NCBI GenBank assembly: GCA_035512695.1
Contig: DATKDL010000146.1
Location: forward strand, 3,547-67,546
Direction of reading: 5' to 3'
Length of the DNA stretch: 64,000 nucleotides
Origin: Anaerolineales bacterium
GTDB taxonomy: Bacteria > Chloroflexota > Anaerolineae > Anaerolineales > JABWBV01
The translations under genes were made by a program, and so were the position numbers. Below, piece by piece: positions 7,765-17,287 of the stretch (positions are counted from its first letter, which is position 1; each line of letters begins with the position of its first letter). The notes under the pieces were generated by a model that worked only from the letters and a program-made list of their open reading frames with translations, was not told the origin of the DNA and did no database searches.

Positions 7765-9417
7765 ATGCGTGGAAAAAATCTCGCAACCGGTCTTGGGGCC
7801 GGCGCGGCGCTGGCCGCCCCATTGGCGGCGCTCAATTATCTCGCCAACCAGGCCTTCGACCTGCCGTTCCTACCTTACACCTTCTTCAACTGGATGACCC
7901 CCCTGATCCCCGGCCCGCTGATCACCTTCGGGATCGATCTCATGATCGATACCATGCTGTTCCTTCGGCTAAACGTGGCGGATCTGGCCAAGACCGCCGA
8001 ACAGGCCATGGCCGTTGGCCTGTTCCTGGCGATCGCTGCGCTGGCCGGTGGCCTGGCGCTCGTCCTGTTTGCGGCTGCCGGCCGCGGCGCATCTCGGACC
8101 GGCTTGTTGCGGGCCGCCGGATGGCTGCCGCCGGGCGGCTTCGCCCTGTTCATGATCGCCGTCAGCGTGACGGAGACCACCCGTACGCCGGCCGTGATCG
8201 GGCTCGGAGCGCTAGTGGCGCTCTGGCTGGGGGCCTTGAACTGGGCTGCGGGGAAACTGCGGCCGGCGGACTCCCCGGCAGAAGGCAGGACCGAAGACCG
8301 GGGACAGGAGCCGGCGGAGCGCCCGGAACCCGGAATCGCCGCAGTCCAGCAGCTCAACCGGCGCCAGTTCCTGATCACCCTCGGGACCGCGGCGGCCACG
8401 ATCACCGTGGTCGGGTCCGGGCTGGGCGTGCTGCTGGCCGCGGACCGGCGCCGGCGGACGGAGGCTGTGAGCGGCGGCTCTGTGCCCAGCCACACCTTAC
8501 CGAACGCCGGCGATCCGGTCGTCCCCGCGCCGGGCACTCGCCCGGAATACACGCCGGTCGAGAACCATTACAAGGTCTTCCTCCAGCTCGAACCGACCGT
8601 GATCGAGGCGGCGGGCTACGTCCTCCCGGTCACGGGGATGGTGGCGAACGAGCTGATGCTCACCGTCGATGATCTGTACAACCGCTTCGAATCCTTCGAT
8701 CAGTACGTGACCCTGTCCTGTATCTCCGGCCGCATCGCGACCACCCTGATCAGTACCACTCGTTGGACGGGGATCCCGATACAGGACATCCTCGCCAAGG
8801 CCGGCGTCCGGCCCGAGGCGCGCTATCTCTATATTGAATCCGCTGACGGGTTTTACGAGACCGTCCCGCTCGAGCGGATATCGAATGACCGCCGGATCAT
8901 GCTCTGCCACACCTGGGATGGCCGTCCGCTCCCGACGGATCACGGATTCCCCTGCCGGATCTGGATCCCGGACCGTTTCGGGATGAAGCAGCCGAAGTGG
9001 ATCGTCAGCATGGAGCTGATCGACGACGACCGGCCCGGCTATTGGGTCGAAAGGGGTTGGGACAAGGACGCCCAGGTCCGGACGACCTCGGTGATCGACA
9101 CTGTCGCGGTGGACGAGATGGGGACCCGGGACGGGAATCGGATCATCCCGGTCGGCGGGATCGCCTGGGCCGGCGACCGGCAAATCTCTCGCGTGGAAGT
9201 CCAGGTGGACGGCGGCGCATGGGAAGCGGCCCAACTGCGCAGCCCGCTTTCCGAGACGACCTGGGTGATCTGGCGCTATGATTGGTCCTTCAGCGAGGGG
9301 GCTCACACCTTTAGGGTGCGATGCTTCGAAGGGGATGGGACGATGCAAATAACCGAGCAGAACGACGCCCGGCCGTCGGGTTCGACCGGGATCCACAGCG
9401 TGGAGGCGGAAGCTTAG
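7765..9417 (+). CDS. molybdopterin-dependent oxidoreductase (sulfite oxidase/YedY fold) with N-terminal polytopic membrane domain
   Basis: 550 aa. SD AAAGGAGA upstream. N-terminal hydrophobic helices followed by an internal Tat-like NRRQFLITLGTAAA segment. SUOX-fold motifs SCISGR...WTGIPIQDIL...HGFPCRIWIPDRFGMKQPKWI. Confidence 0.75.
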   Translation: MRGKNLATGLGAGAALAAPLAALNYLANQAFDLPFLPYTFFNWMTPLIPGPLITFGIDLMIDTMLFLRLNVADLAKTAEQAMAVGLFLAIAALAGGLALVLFAAAGRGASRTGLLRAAGWLPPGGFALFMIAVSVTETTRTPAVIGLGALVALWLGALNWAAGKLRPADSPAEGRTEDRGQEPAERPEPGIAAVQQLNRRQFLITLGTAAATITVVGSGLGVLLAADRRRRTEAVSGGSVPSHTLPNAGDPVVPAPGTRPEYTPVENHYKVFLQLEPTVIEAAGYVLPVTGMVANELMLTVDDLYNRFESFDQYVTLSCISGRIATTLISTTRWTGIPIQDILAKAGVRPEARYLYIESADGFYETVPLERISNDRRIMLCHTWDGRPLPTDHGFPCRIWIPDRFGMKQPKWIVSMELIDDDRPGYWVERGWDKDAQVRTTSVIDTVAVDEMGTRDGNRIIPVGGIAWAGDRQISRVEVQVDGGAWEAAQLRSPLSETTWVIWRYDWSFSEGAHTFRVRCFEGDGTMQITEQNDARPSGSTGIHSVEAEA

Positions 9418-9423
9418 AACTTT

Positions 9424-9502
9424 CCCGTAAACAAAACGATCGGGGAGGCGGTGGTCCAGGCATCTCCCGGACCACCGCCTCCCCGATCGTTTTGTTTACG
9501 GG
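9424..9502 (+). terminator. hairpin with 34-bp perfect stem and 11-nt loop
   Basis: Arms 9424..9457 and 9469..9502 are exact reverse complements (CCCGTAAACAAAACGATCGGGGAGGCGGTGGTCC...). Confidence 0.8.
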
Positions 9503-9573
9503 ACCACCCCTTCACCATCCGAAGGTACCCGTCGCGCTTTGGTGGGTTTGCTCAAAGCCGGAATCCCCTGGTT

Positions 9574-9582
9574 TGGTAAAAT
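9574..9582 (+). promoter_or_regulatory. extended -10 TGgTAAAAT, 6 nt upstream of ATG 9589 (leaderless candidate)
   Basis: tttggtaaaataaacacATG read directly. Confidence 0.4.
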
Positions 9583-9588
9583 AAACAC

Positions 9589-10866
9589 ATGGCTATCGCG
9601 GTGCGCATGCCCGAGCTGGGCGAATCGGTTGATGAAGCGACGATCACGCTGTGGTTAAAGAATGTCGGTGATGAAGTGGCGGAGTACGAACCGCTGCTCG
9701 AGGTCAACACCGACAAGGTCGATACGGAGATCCCGAGCCCCGCCGGCGGGGTATTGCTCAAGATTCTGGCTGAGCCGGAACAAACCGTCCAGGCCGGGAT
9801 GACGCTGGCCTGGATCGGTGCGCCGGGGGAGGCTCTCCCGGGCGAGGATGGGACCCCGGAGGGTTCCGTCCCGATACCGCCGCCGGCTCCGCCTGCCCGG
9901 TTGCGGGCGGAAACGTCAGCTTCCCAAACCACCCCCGAGCCTGCGCCGCGCGAACCGGATCGACGTCCCGGCCGCGATCCCGCATTGGGATTTATCTCGC
10001 CGGTCGTCGCCCGCATGGCGTCCGAGCATGGGCTTGATCTGAGCCGCATCAAGGGCACCGGACTGGAAGGCCGGATCACCAAGATGGACGTCCAGGCACA
10101 CCTGGAGGGCCGCGGGACCGCCCCGGAAGGGGTACCGCTTCGTTCGGTGGAGCCCGCTGCATCGGCGGGACCCGTTTCCGGACCCGTGCCCGGCGATCTG
10201 ATCCGCATGACCAGGATTCGCCGCACGATCGCTGACCACATGGTGGCCAGCAAGCGGACCTCGCCGCACGTCACCACCGTGATGGAAGCCGATATGAGCA
10301 AGGTGGCAGCCCACCGGGAGGCCCATAAACCGGTCTACGCTCGCGAGGGGGTCAACCTGACTTACACGGCCTATTTCATCGGCGCGATCGCTGCGGCCCT
10401 GAAGTTCCACCCCGAGGTCAATTCATCCTGGACCGACGACGGCATTCGCCTGCACAGCGAGATCAACATCGGCATGGCGACGGCCCTGGAGGGGGGAGAC
10501 GGCCTGATCGTCCCCGTGATCAAAGGCGCCGACGGCCTCTCGTTGCTCGGGCTGGCCCGCCAGGTCAATGACCTGGCCCACCGGGCCCGGAGCAAAAACC
10601 TGCAGCCGGACGATGTGCGCGGCGGGACGTTCACGCTGACGAACCACGGGATCTCCGGATCGTTGTTCGCAACCCCGATCATCAACCAGCCACAATGCGG
10701 GATCCTGGGTGTCGGCGCGCTGCAGAAACGGGCCGTCGTGATCGGCGATGCGATTGCCATCCGGCTGATGGTCTATATTTCACTTACTTTCGACCACCGT
10801 ATCCTGGACGGCGCGACGGCGGATCATTTCCTGGCGCGGGTTAAAAATAATCTTGAGAGTTGGTAA
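9589..10866 (+). CDS. 2-oxoacid dehydrogenase E2 (dihydrolipoamide acyltransferase)
   Basis: 425 aa. N-terminal lipoyl domain (LEVNTDKVDTEIPSP), peripheral subunit-binding domain, and catalytic SLTFDHRILDG motif. Confidence 0.9.
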   Translation: MAIAVRMPELGESVDEATITLWLKNVGDEVAEYEPLLEVNTDKVDTEIPSPAGGVLLKILAEPEQTVQAGMTLAWIGAPGEALPGEDGTPEGSVPIPPPAPPARLRAETSASQTTPEPAPREPDRRPGRDPALGFISPVVARMASEHGLDLSRIKGTGLEGRITKMDVQAHLEGRGTAPEGVPLRSVEPAASAGPVSGPVPGDLIRMTRIRRTIADHMVASKRTSPHVTTVMEADMSKVAAHREAHKPVYAREGVNLTYTAYFIGAIAAALKFHPEVNSSWTDDGIRLHSEINIGMATALEGGDGLIVPVIKGADGLSLLGLARQVNDLAHRARSKNLQPDDVRGGTFTLTNHGISGSLFATPIINQPQCGILGVGALQKRAVVIGDAIAIRLMVYISLTFDHRILDGATADHFLARVKNNLESW

Positions 10867-10886
10867 ACAGCGAATCGGGAGCGTAA

Positions 10887-12281
10887 ATGTCAAACTATGA
10901 CGTCATCGTGATGGGTGCGGGCCCGGGCGGCTACGTGGCCGCCATCCGGGCCGCCCAATTGGGGCTTAAAACAGCGATCGTGGATAAGCAGTGGCTGGGG
11001 GGAGTGTGTCTGAACGTCGGCTGTATTCCCTCAAAATCCCTGTTGCGGAACGCAGAGATCGCCCATACCTTGCGGGAACGAGGGAAGGAATTCGGCTTCC
11101 GGTTCGACAATCTCGAATTGGATTTTTCCGTGGCAGTGAAGCGGAGCCGGCAGGTATCCGAACGGTTGGTCAAGGGTGTCGGCTTTCTGATGCGGAAGAA
11201 CGAGATCGACGTCCACATGGGTGAAGCCCGGCTGGTCGCAAAAGATACCGTCGAGGTCACCGCGGACGGCGGGGTCCAGACCTTCAAGGCCGACAACGTC
11301 ATCATCGCCACCGGGGCGAGCGTCGCCGTGCCGCCGGTCTGGACGATCGATGGGGAAAAGGTCGTCACCTACCACGAAGCCATTCTCCAGGAAAAACGCC
11401 CGGAAAAAGTCGTCATCATCGGAGCCGGCGCGATCGGAGTTGAATTTGCGACGGTCTGGAACGGCTACGGAAGCGAGGTCACCCTCGTCGAAATGCTCGA
11501 CCGGATCGTCCCGAACGAAGACCCGGAAGTCAGCGGTGAGCTGCAGAAGGCGTTCGCAAAACGGGGGATCACCTGTCTGCCGGGCCACCGGGTCGAACTT
11601 CTGGAGACCACGGACGCGGGCGTTCGGGTGACGATCTCGAAGGGCGATGAGAACAAGGTCGTCGAGGCCGACCAGGTGCTGGTCGCGACCGGTTTCAGAC
11701 CGAACTCGGGGATGCTCGGGCTGGAAGAGATCGGAGTCGAGCTGGACGAGCGAGGGGCGGTCGTCATCGACGACCGGATGGCGACGAATGTGGACGGAAT
11801 CTGGGCCATCGGGGACGTGACCGGCAAAGTCATGCTGGCGCACGTCGCCTCTGCGCAAGGGATCATCTGCGCCGAAAACATCGCCGGGGTCGATACCCAC
11901 CGGTTGGATTACAAGATGCTTCCGCGCGCGACATACTCGCAACCCCAGGTGGCCTCATTTGGTTACACGGAGGCGGAAGCCGAGGAGATGGGCTACGAGG
12001 TCCGGGTTGGGCGTTTCCCGTTCCAGGCCAACGGCAAAGCGCTCGGTCTTGGGGACTACGCCGGCTGGGTCAAGCTGGTCACGGATGCAAAATACGGCGA
12101 GATCCTCGGAGCGCACATGATCGGCCCGGAGGTGACCGAGCTGCTGCCCGAACTGACGATCGCGCAAATGATGGAGCTCACCGCTGCCGAGATCGCCCGT
12201 AACGTTCACGCCCATCCGTCTCTCAGTGAAACGCTCATGGAAATGGCGCATGCCGCGGTCGGACATTCGATCCACATCTGA
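10887..12281 (+). CDS. lpdA: dihydrolipoyl dehydrogenase (E3)
   Basis: 464 aa. GAGPGGY FAD motif, redox disulfide GGVCLNVGCIPSK, C-terminal HAHPSLSE. Confidence 0.92.
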   Translation: MSNYDVIVMGAGPGGYVAAIRAAQLGLKTAIVDKQWLGGVCLNVGCIPSKSLLRNAEIAHTLRERGKEFGFRFDNLELDFSVAVKRSRQVSERLVKGVGFLMRKNEIDVHMGEARLVAKDTVEVTADGGVQTFKADNVIIATGASVAVPPVWTIDGEKVVTYHEAILQEKRPEKVVIIGAGAIGVEFATVWNGYGSEVTLVEMLDRIVPNEDPEVSGELQKAFAKRGITCLPGHRVELLETTDAGVRVTISKGDENKVVEADQVLVATGFRPNSGMLGLEEIGVELDERGAVVIDDRMATNVDGIWAIGDVTGKVMLAHVASAQGIICAENIAGVDTHRLDYKMLPRATYSQPQVASFGYTEAEAEEMGYEVRVGRFPFQANGKALGLGDYAGWVKLVTDAKYGEILGAHMIGPEVTELLPELTIAQMMELTAAEIARNVHAHPSLSETLMEMAHAAVGHSIHI

Positions 12282-12284
12282 ACG

Positions 12285-14132
12285 ATGAAGGTATCCAGGT
12301 CGGACCTGATCCTCGAGGCCCGCATGGCCTTCGATGCGGGGGACACCCGCAGGGGTAGTGCGATCCTGCACGGTATTTTCACAGAAGATATCACCTATCT
12401 TCCGGCCTGGGAGCTGCTGCACGCCGCGCTGAATCGCTCGGAACCGTTCGAGGAATTTCAGCTGGACTTTGTCAGGAGATATTATCCGGCTAAACTCGAT
12501 CGGTTCCGGTCGGGAGATGGGGATGGGCCGGAAAGGACGAGCACCGGCAGTCCATACCGCAGGGTCTCATTGAAATCATCGGGTTTGAGGGGAGGAGAAC
12601 GGAAGACCGCCACAGATTCCGATCGGCCGGAGGAAAGCCCCCGGACGCAGGAAGCCGGCTTTCCCGGGGATGAAAAACAGGCTGAGAAGCAAGGGCTTTT
12701 TGCGCGCTTGCGCGGTTTCTTCAGCCGGCTGGCGACTCGCCGGCGTTCCAAGCGCAAGCGTACCGACAGCGCGGCGGAGGCGGTGTCCGGCACCGGTCTG
12801 GACGCCGATGCGAAATTTGCGCCTATTTCACTCAAAGATTTGCCGGCCAGGGAGTCGAGTGCCCAACCGTCCGCCCGTGAACGAAAGCAGCGCCGGGTGG
12901 ATTCCGGTCCTATGCTGACAAAGCTCCATGAGGAGCATTTCGAGATCCGGGTCGTGATCGCCGACGACATCCAACAGACCCGCGAAAACATCCAGAAACT
13001 GCTCAAGTTCGAGCCGAGTGTGGAAGTCGTGGGTATCGCCGCGCACGGGGAGCAGGCAATCGAACTCGCCCTGGAGCACGCGCCGGATATCGTTCTGATG
13101 GATATCAACATGCCGGGGATGGATGGTCTCCAGGCGCTCAAGACGATACGCGAGAGACTGCCGCTGACCCAGGTGATCATGCTCACCGTCCAGGACGATC
13201 CCGGCTACTTGCGCGAGGCGTTGCAGTTCGGGGCGCGGGATTACCTGATCAAGCCCCCGACGATCGATGAGCTGCTCAACACGATTCACAAAACCTACGA
13301 AATCGGCAAACAGGAGCGCGAGCGTTTGACCCGGATGTTCACACCACCTTCCGAGACGACCGTCGAGGAAGCCGTCGACGCCAACGGCTTCGCCATCGCC
13401 GTTTACAGCCCGAAAGGTGGGGTCGGCTGCACGTTCCTGGCGACCAACCTGGCGGTCGCAGCGCAGGCGGACGATCGCTCGGTCGCGCTGGTCGATTGCG
13501 ATCTGCAGTATGGTGGGATTGGGCTCTTCTTCAACGAACAGGCGCGCAACTCGATCGTCGACCTGGCGCCCCGAGTGAAGGACCTCGACCCAAACATTTG
13601 GCGCGATGCCGTGGTCACGCATCAAGGCTCCGGCGTCCGGTTGATCCTGGCACCGAACCGGCCCGAGCTGGCGGAAGCCGTCCACGGAGAGCAGCTGGTC
13701 GAATTGGTCCGGGTGCTGCGCAAGCGCTTCCAGATCGTCATCTTCGACACGGGCAGCAGCCTGGACGGGAGGACGGCCGAACTCATGGCCGAATGCGACC
13801 AGGTTGTCGTCGTCCTGACACAGGATATTCCGGCGATCCACGAGGTGCGGCAGCTGCTGGATTTTGCGCCAAAGTTCGGTCTGGCAGAGGGGAAGATCTC
13901 GCTGGTGCTGAACCAATATCACCGGCGGATCAACATCACCCCGGAGCAGATCAGCAGGAGCCTCCGGCGAGACCTCGCCGCCGTGGTCCCGATGGACAAT
14001 CGCACGGCGATCCCTTCGGTCAATCGGGGGATCCCGTTCATGCTCGGCGCAGAAAACCGGGCGCTGCCGATCGGCCGAGCGGTACAGGCGTTGGCCGATC
14101 GGGTGATCGACCGGCAGATGGTCGCGGTTTAG
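12285..14132 (+). CDS. response-regulator receiver fused to a CpaE/TadZ-ParA/MinD-like ATPase, with long basic low-complexity N-terminal region
   Basis: 615 aa. REC motifs (VVIADD...VLMDINMPGMDG...YLIKP). Deviant Walker A YSPKGGVGCT. Starts 3 nt after the lpdA stop. Confidence 0.75.
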   Translation: MKVSRSDLILEARMAFDAGDTRRGSAILHGIFTEDITYLPAWELLHAALNRSEPFEEFQLDFVRRYYPAKLDRFRSGDGDGPERTSTGSPYRRVSLKSSGLRGGERKTATDSDRPEESPRTQEAGFPGDEKQAEKQGLFARLRGFFSRLATRRRSKRKRTDSAAEAVSGTGLDADAKFAPISLKDLPARESSAQPSARERKQRRVDSGPMLTKLHEEHFEIRVVIADDIQQTRENIQKLLKFEPSVEVVGIAAHGEQAIELALEHAPDIVLMDINMPGMDGLQALKTIRERLPLTQVIMLTVQDDPGYLREALQFGARDYLIKPPTIDELLNTIHKTYEIGKQERERLTRMFTPPSETTVEEAVDANGFAIAVYSPKGGVGCTFLATNLAVAAQADDRSVALVDCDLQYGGIGLFFNEQARNSIVDLAPRVKDLDPNIWRDAVVTHQGSGVRLILAPNRPELAEAVHGEQLVELVRVLRKRFQIVIFDTGSSLDGRTAELMAECDQVVVVLTQDIPAIHEVRQLLDFAPKFGLAEGKISLVLNQYHRRINITPEQISRSLRRDLAAVVPMDNRTAIPSVNRGIPFMLGAENRALPIGRAVQALADRVIDRQMVAV

Positions 14133-15316
14133 ACCAGGTTCTCGTAAAAGGCCCCGGCCCGGGGCATGACGTTCCCGTACAAAGCCCGTTCAGAGATCAT
14201 TTTCAAGTTGTGCAGCCGCGCGCGGCTTCGGATGACCGGATCTCCCAGGCATTCCAGGATCGCCGAGGCGATCGAAACCGGCGAGCGCGGGTCGACGAGC
14301 AAACCATTTAAGCCCGGCGTGATCCATTCCCGGATCGATTCGAGATCGCCGGCAATCGGGAAGCAGCCGCAGGCCAGGGCTTCGAGCAGGGAGTTTGGCG
14401 TGCCGTCGTGGGTGGTTGGGGAGAGGATGACGGCGGCGCGCCGGAAGAGGGCGGCCAGTTCGGTCTGCGGGAGCGCCGGGAGCAGGCGGATGGCGTGTTC
14501 GATCCCGAGTTTCCCGGCGAGGGCGGCGAGTCGCGGATCGCCGGCTAATCCCGGGCAGTCGAAGCGGACGTCGGGAGCGTGATCCAGGACGGCCGGGACG
14601 GCATGCAGGAAGGTTTCATTTTCGACGTAGGCCCGCAGCCCGCGCGGCTGGACGATCCGCCGGGGATCGACGCCATCGGGGTCGCCGGGGAAGAAGATTT
14701 TGGGGCGGACGCCGCCGCCGCCGGGGATAACGGCGGTGGGGGTGGGTCGTGGGAGGCCTATTTCATAAGCCAGGCGGATATCGCGCCGGCAGTCTGCCAG
14801 GAGGGCGTGAGTGGTGGTGAGGGCTTGTGCGGTGAGGGCGGCGATGGTCGGATCGGCGGCTGCGTGCAGGGTGAGGTCGTTGCCCCAGACGGACAGCACC
14901 AGCGGCGGCATGCGTATAGCCAGTTTTGCGGCGGCGGAATATGCGGCTGCGGCGAGCAGGCCTTCGAACGGGATCCGGAGCGCGTGAACCAGGTCAGGCT
15001 CCACTCCCACAATGCGCCGCTGCAGCGCTGCAGACCGGCGACCGAGCGTCCAGGCCCGGACCCTGCGCAGCACGACCGCACGGGAACCGGGCGCCGTCCA
15101 ACGCCGGAGCCAGTTCCCCGATCCACCGGTCGAGCCGGCCAGCCGGGCGAAAGCCGCCGGGATCTCTTCATAGGATGCCAGTCCGGGCAGCGGTGTGGCC
15201 GGGAAGGTGGAGACCAGGTGGACCTCATACCGGTCGTCCAGGAGAAAATATTCCATCCAACCGGCTGCGGTGGGTGAGCGCCCGTCGGCGATAAATAGGA
15301 GCTTCATCGCAGTCAC
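14129..15316 (-). CDS. glycosyltransferase family 4
   Basis: 395 aa. C-terminal GT4 signature (SPTTHDGTPNSLLEALACGCFPIAGD). GTG start at 15316 overlaps the upstream stop; alternative ATG at 15307. Confidence 0.8.
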   Translation of the reverse strand: MTAMKLLFIADGRSPTAAGWMEYFLLDDRYEVHLVSTFPATPLPGLASYEEIPAAFARLAGSTGGSGNWLRRWTAPGSRAVVLRRVRAWTLGRRSAALQRRIVGVEPDLVHALRIPFEGLLAAAAYSAAAKLAIRMPPLVLSVWGNDLTLHAAADPTIAALTAQALTTTHALLADCRRDIRLAYEIGLPRPTPTAVIPGGGGVRPKIFFPGDPDGVDPRRIVQPRGLRAYVENETFLHAVPAVLDHAPDVRFDCPGLAGDPRLAALAGKLGIEHAIRLLPALPQTELAALFRRAAVILSPTTHDGTPNSLLEALACGCFPIAGDLESIREWITPGLNGLLVDPRSPVSIASAILECLGDPVIRSRARLHNLKMISERALYGNVMPRAGAFYENLV

Positions 15317-16440
15317 GAAACGGCCAGCACCGCTTCGACAAACCGGTCAGCCATCCTCTCGATGTTGATCTCCTCGACGGTGATCCGCCGGCTCTCCGCG
15401 CCTTTTCGCCCCAAACCCGACGGGTCGGACAGCGCGGCTTCCAGGGCTGTTCGGAGGGCATGATTATCCAGTGCCGGGACGAGCCAACCGTTCTCCGGGC
15501 GGACGAGGTCCTCCTGGGTCCCATCCCCCTCGGCGACGATGACCGGCAGCCCATAGCTCATCGCCTCCTGGACGGCCAGCCCACCTGTGCCGGGCAGCAC
15601 GAAAAGATCGGCCCCGCGGAAGGCAGCGGCCAGGGCTTCGCCTTCCAGATGGCCCATGAACTCGATCTGGATGGATAGATCGGCGGCCTGTCTCTCCAAC
15701 CCGTCGCGAGCCGGCCCGTCCCCGACGATTCGGATCAACGGCTGCAGATTCTCCGGGAGTGCGGCACAAACCGAAAGCAGCACATTGACCCGTTTACGCG
15801 ACTGCAGCCTGCCGGCGAACAGGACGATCAACTTCCCTGGTCTCGACCCGGGCGCAGCGGGCGGATACCCCGGCGACGGTGCGACGGCATTGTACCCGGT
15901 GAAGATGCGGTCCTGCGGGAAGAAGCCGGTGGCCCGGTATTCCTCCGCCCCCCGGCTCGAATAGGCGATGATCCCGTCCAGGGCTTTCAGCAGCCTGGCA
16001 CGGGCGGCCTCCCGCAAGCCGGTTCTGAACCCATTGGACTTCTCCACCCCGAGCCCCCAGCCCAGCACCGGCCTACGCCGGGTCTGCATCCACGCGATTG
16101 CGCCAAAAGTCGTCCAATAACGCGGGTTGGCTTCGACGATCAGGACTTCGGGATCGATGCGTTTCAACCAGTCCATCAGCTGCGGTTGTCTGCAAAGGTA
16201 AAGCGGGTGACCCGGATGGAACAGGTGCATGTTCCTACCGGTAACGTGCGCCGCGATTTGCGGTACGGCGCCGGACGGGATCGTTTCTGCTTCGAGCGGG
16301 CTCCCTGAAAAAAGCGCCAGGCCTCCACGGCATCTCCGCGCAAGCTCGTCAAAGAACGCAACGCGGTAGCTCGGCAGGACCCGCTGCTGAATCGCCAATC
16401 GGCCCGGGTACTCGATCACGGATTTTCGCCGGGGAGGCAC
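15313..16440 (-). CDS. glycosyltransferase family 4
   Basis: 375 aa. GT4 motifs (LFAGRLQSRKRV..., LPGTGGLAVQEAMSYGLPVIVAEGDG). Confidence 0.8.
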   Translation of the reverse strand: MPPRRKSVIEYPGRLAIQQRVLPSYRVAFFDELARRCRGGLALFSGSPLEAETIPSGAVPQIAAHVTGRNMHLFHPGHPLYLCRQPQLMDWLKRIDPEVLIVEANPRYWTTFGAIAWMQTRRRPVLGWGLGVEKSNGFRTGLREAARARLLKALDGIIAYSSRGAEEYRATGFFPQDRIFTGYNAVAPSPGYPPAAPGSRPGKLIVLFAGRLQSRKRVNVLLSVCAALPENLQPLIRIVGDGPARDGLERQAADLSIQIEFMGHLEGEALAAAFRGADLFVLPGTGGLAVQEAMSYGLPVIVAEGDGTQEDLVRPENGWLVPALDNHALRTALEAALSDPSGLGRKGAESRRITVEEINIERMADRFVEAVLAVS

Positions 16441-17279
16441 ACCAGGTAGGCTTTCTGGGCGAGATCGCCGGGATTTTCCACGCGCGGATAAGCTGTTCGC
16501 ATAGCGTGTACTCGATATTGCAGGCGAGATAAAGTTTCCCAGGCCGCCGCAGCGGCGTCCGGGCCGTGGAGTTCGAGAAAAATGACGGGACAGGTCATTT
16601 CCAGCGTCCGAACCATCCCCGACAGCGCAAGTGCCTCGCCGCCTTCGATATCGATCTTGACCAGGTCAGGCGGGGGATGGCCGAGTTCGATCACGAAATG
16701 GTCGATCGAGATGCCCGGCACCGTGATCGTATCGCCGCGATCCTGGGGATCGGCGCCCGGCTCAATTACCCGACCGGTCGCATGGGATGCGCCACGAATA
16801 AAACGCACCTCCCGGTTTGCATCGATCACCGCTGCATGCGTGATTGTGACGGTGGATTCGAAGCCGTTCAGCCTGACATGTTCGTCCAGCCGCGCGGCAT
16901 TCTCCGGCAGGGCCTCGAAAGCGAACACCCGGCCGGTTTCCCCGGTCATCCTCGCCATCAGCAGCGTGATATAGCCGATATTCGCGCCGATGTCGTAAAG
17001 GGTCATCCCGGGTCCGGCGAAATCGGCCATAGCCTGGTGGAGCTGCGGTTCGTACGTGCCCAGCCAATAATCCTTTTCGCTTTGCAGGTCAAGGACCATT
17101 CTGGAGCCGGCCAACGGTCCGGCGGCGACGGCGATCTCGGCGTGGCCGGCCGGTGCGGCCCGGTTGAGGGCTTTGCGGATCAGGCGGGTGACCGGTCCGA
17201 GCCGGTACATTCCCTGCCGCAGCGGCCCGGGGAGCAGCCGGGCGATCCGAGCCGAAGTTTTGAGGAGGAAGCTGCCCAT
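16416..17279 (-). CDS. FkbM family methyltransferase
   Basis: 287 aa. YDIGANIGY SAM motif and FkbM-like C-terminal KIDIEGGE. Confidence 0.8.
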   Translation of the reverse strand: MGSFLLKTSARIARLLPGPLRQGMYRLGPVTRLIRKALNRAAPAGHAEIAVAAGPLAGSRMVLDLQSEKDYWLGTYEPQLHQAMADFAGPGMTLYDIGANIGYITLLMARMTGETGRVFAFEALPENAARLDEHVRLNGFESTVTITHAAVIDANREVRFIRGASHATGRVIEPGADPQDRGDTITVPGISIDHFVIELGHPPPDLVKIDIEGGEALALSGMVRTLEMTCPVIFLELHGPDAAAAAWETLSRLQYRVHAMRTAYPRVENPGDLAQKAYLVCLPGENP

Positions 17280-17287
17280 CGACTGCC

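Noticed and set aside
9589-12281. E2 and E3 of a 2-oxoacid dehydrogenase without adjacent E1 genes
   Set aside because: E1 subunits are often encoded elsewhere or upstream of other operons. Absence from one 64-kb window is not informative.
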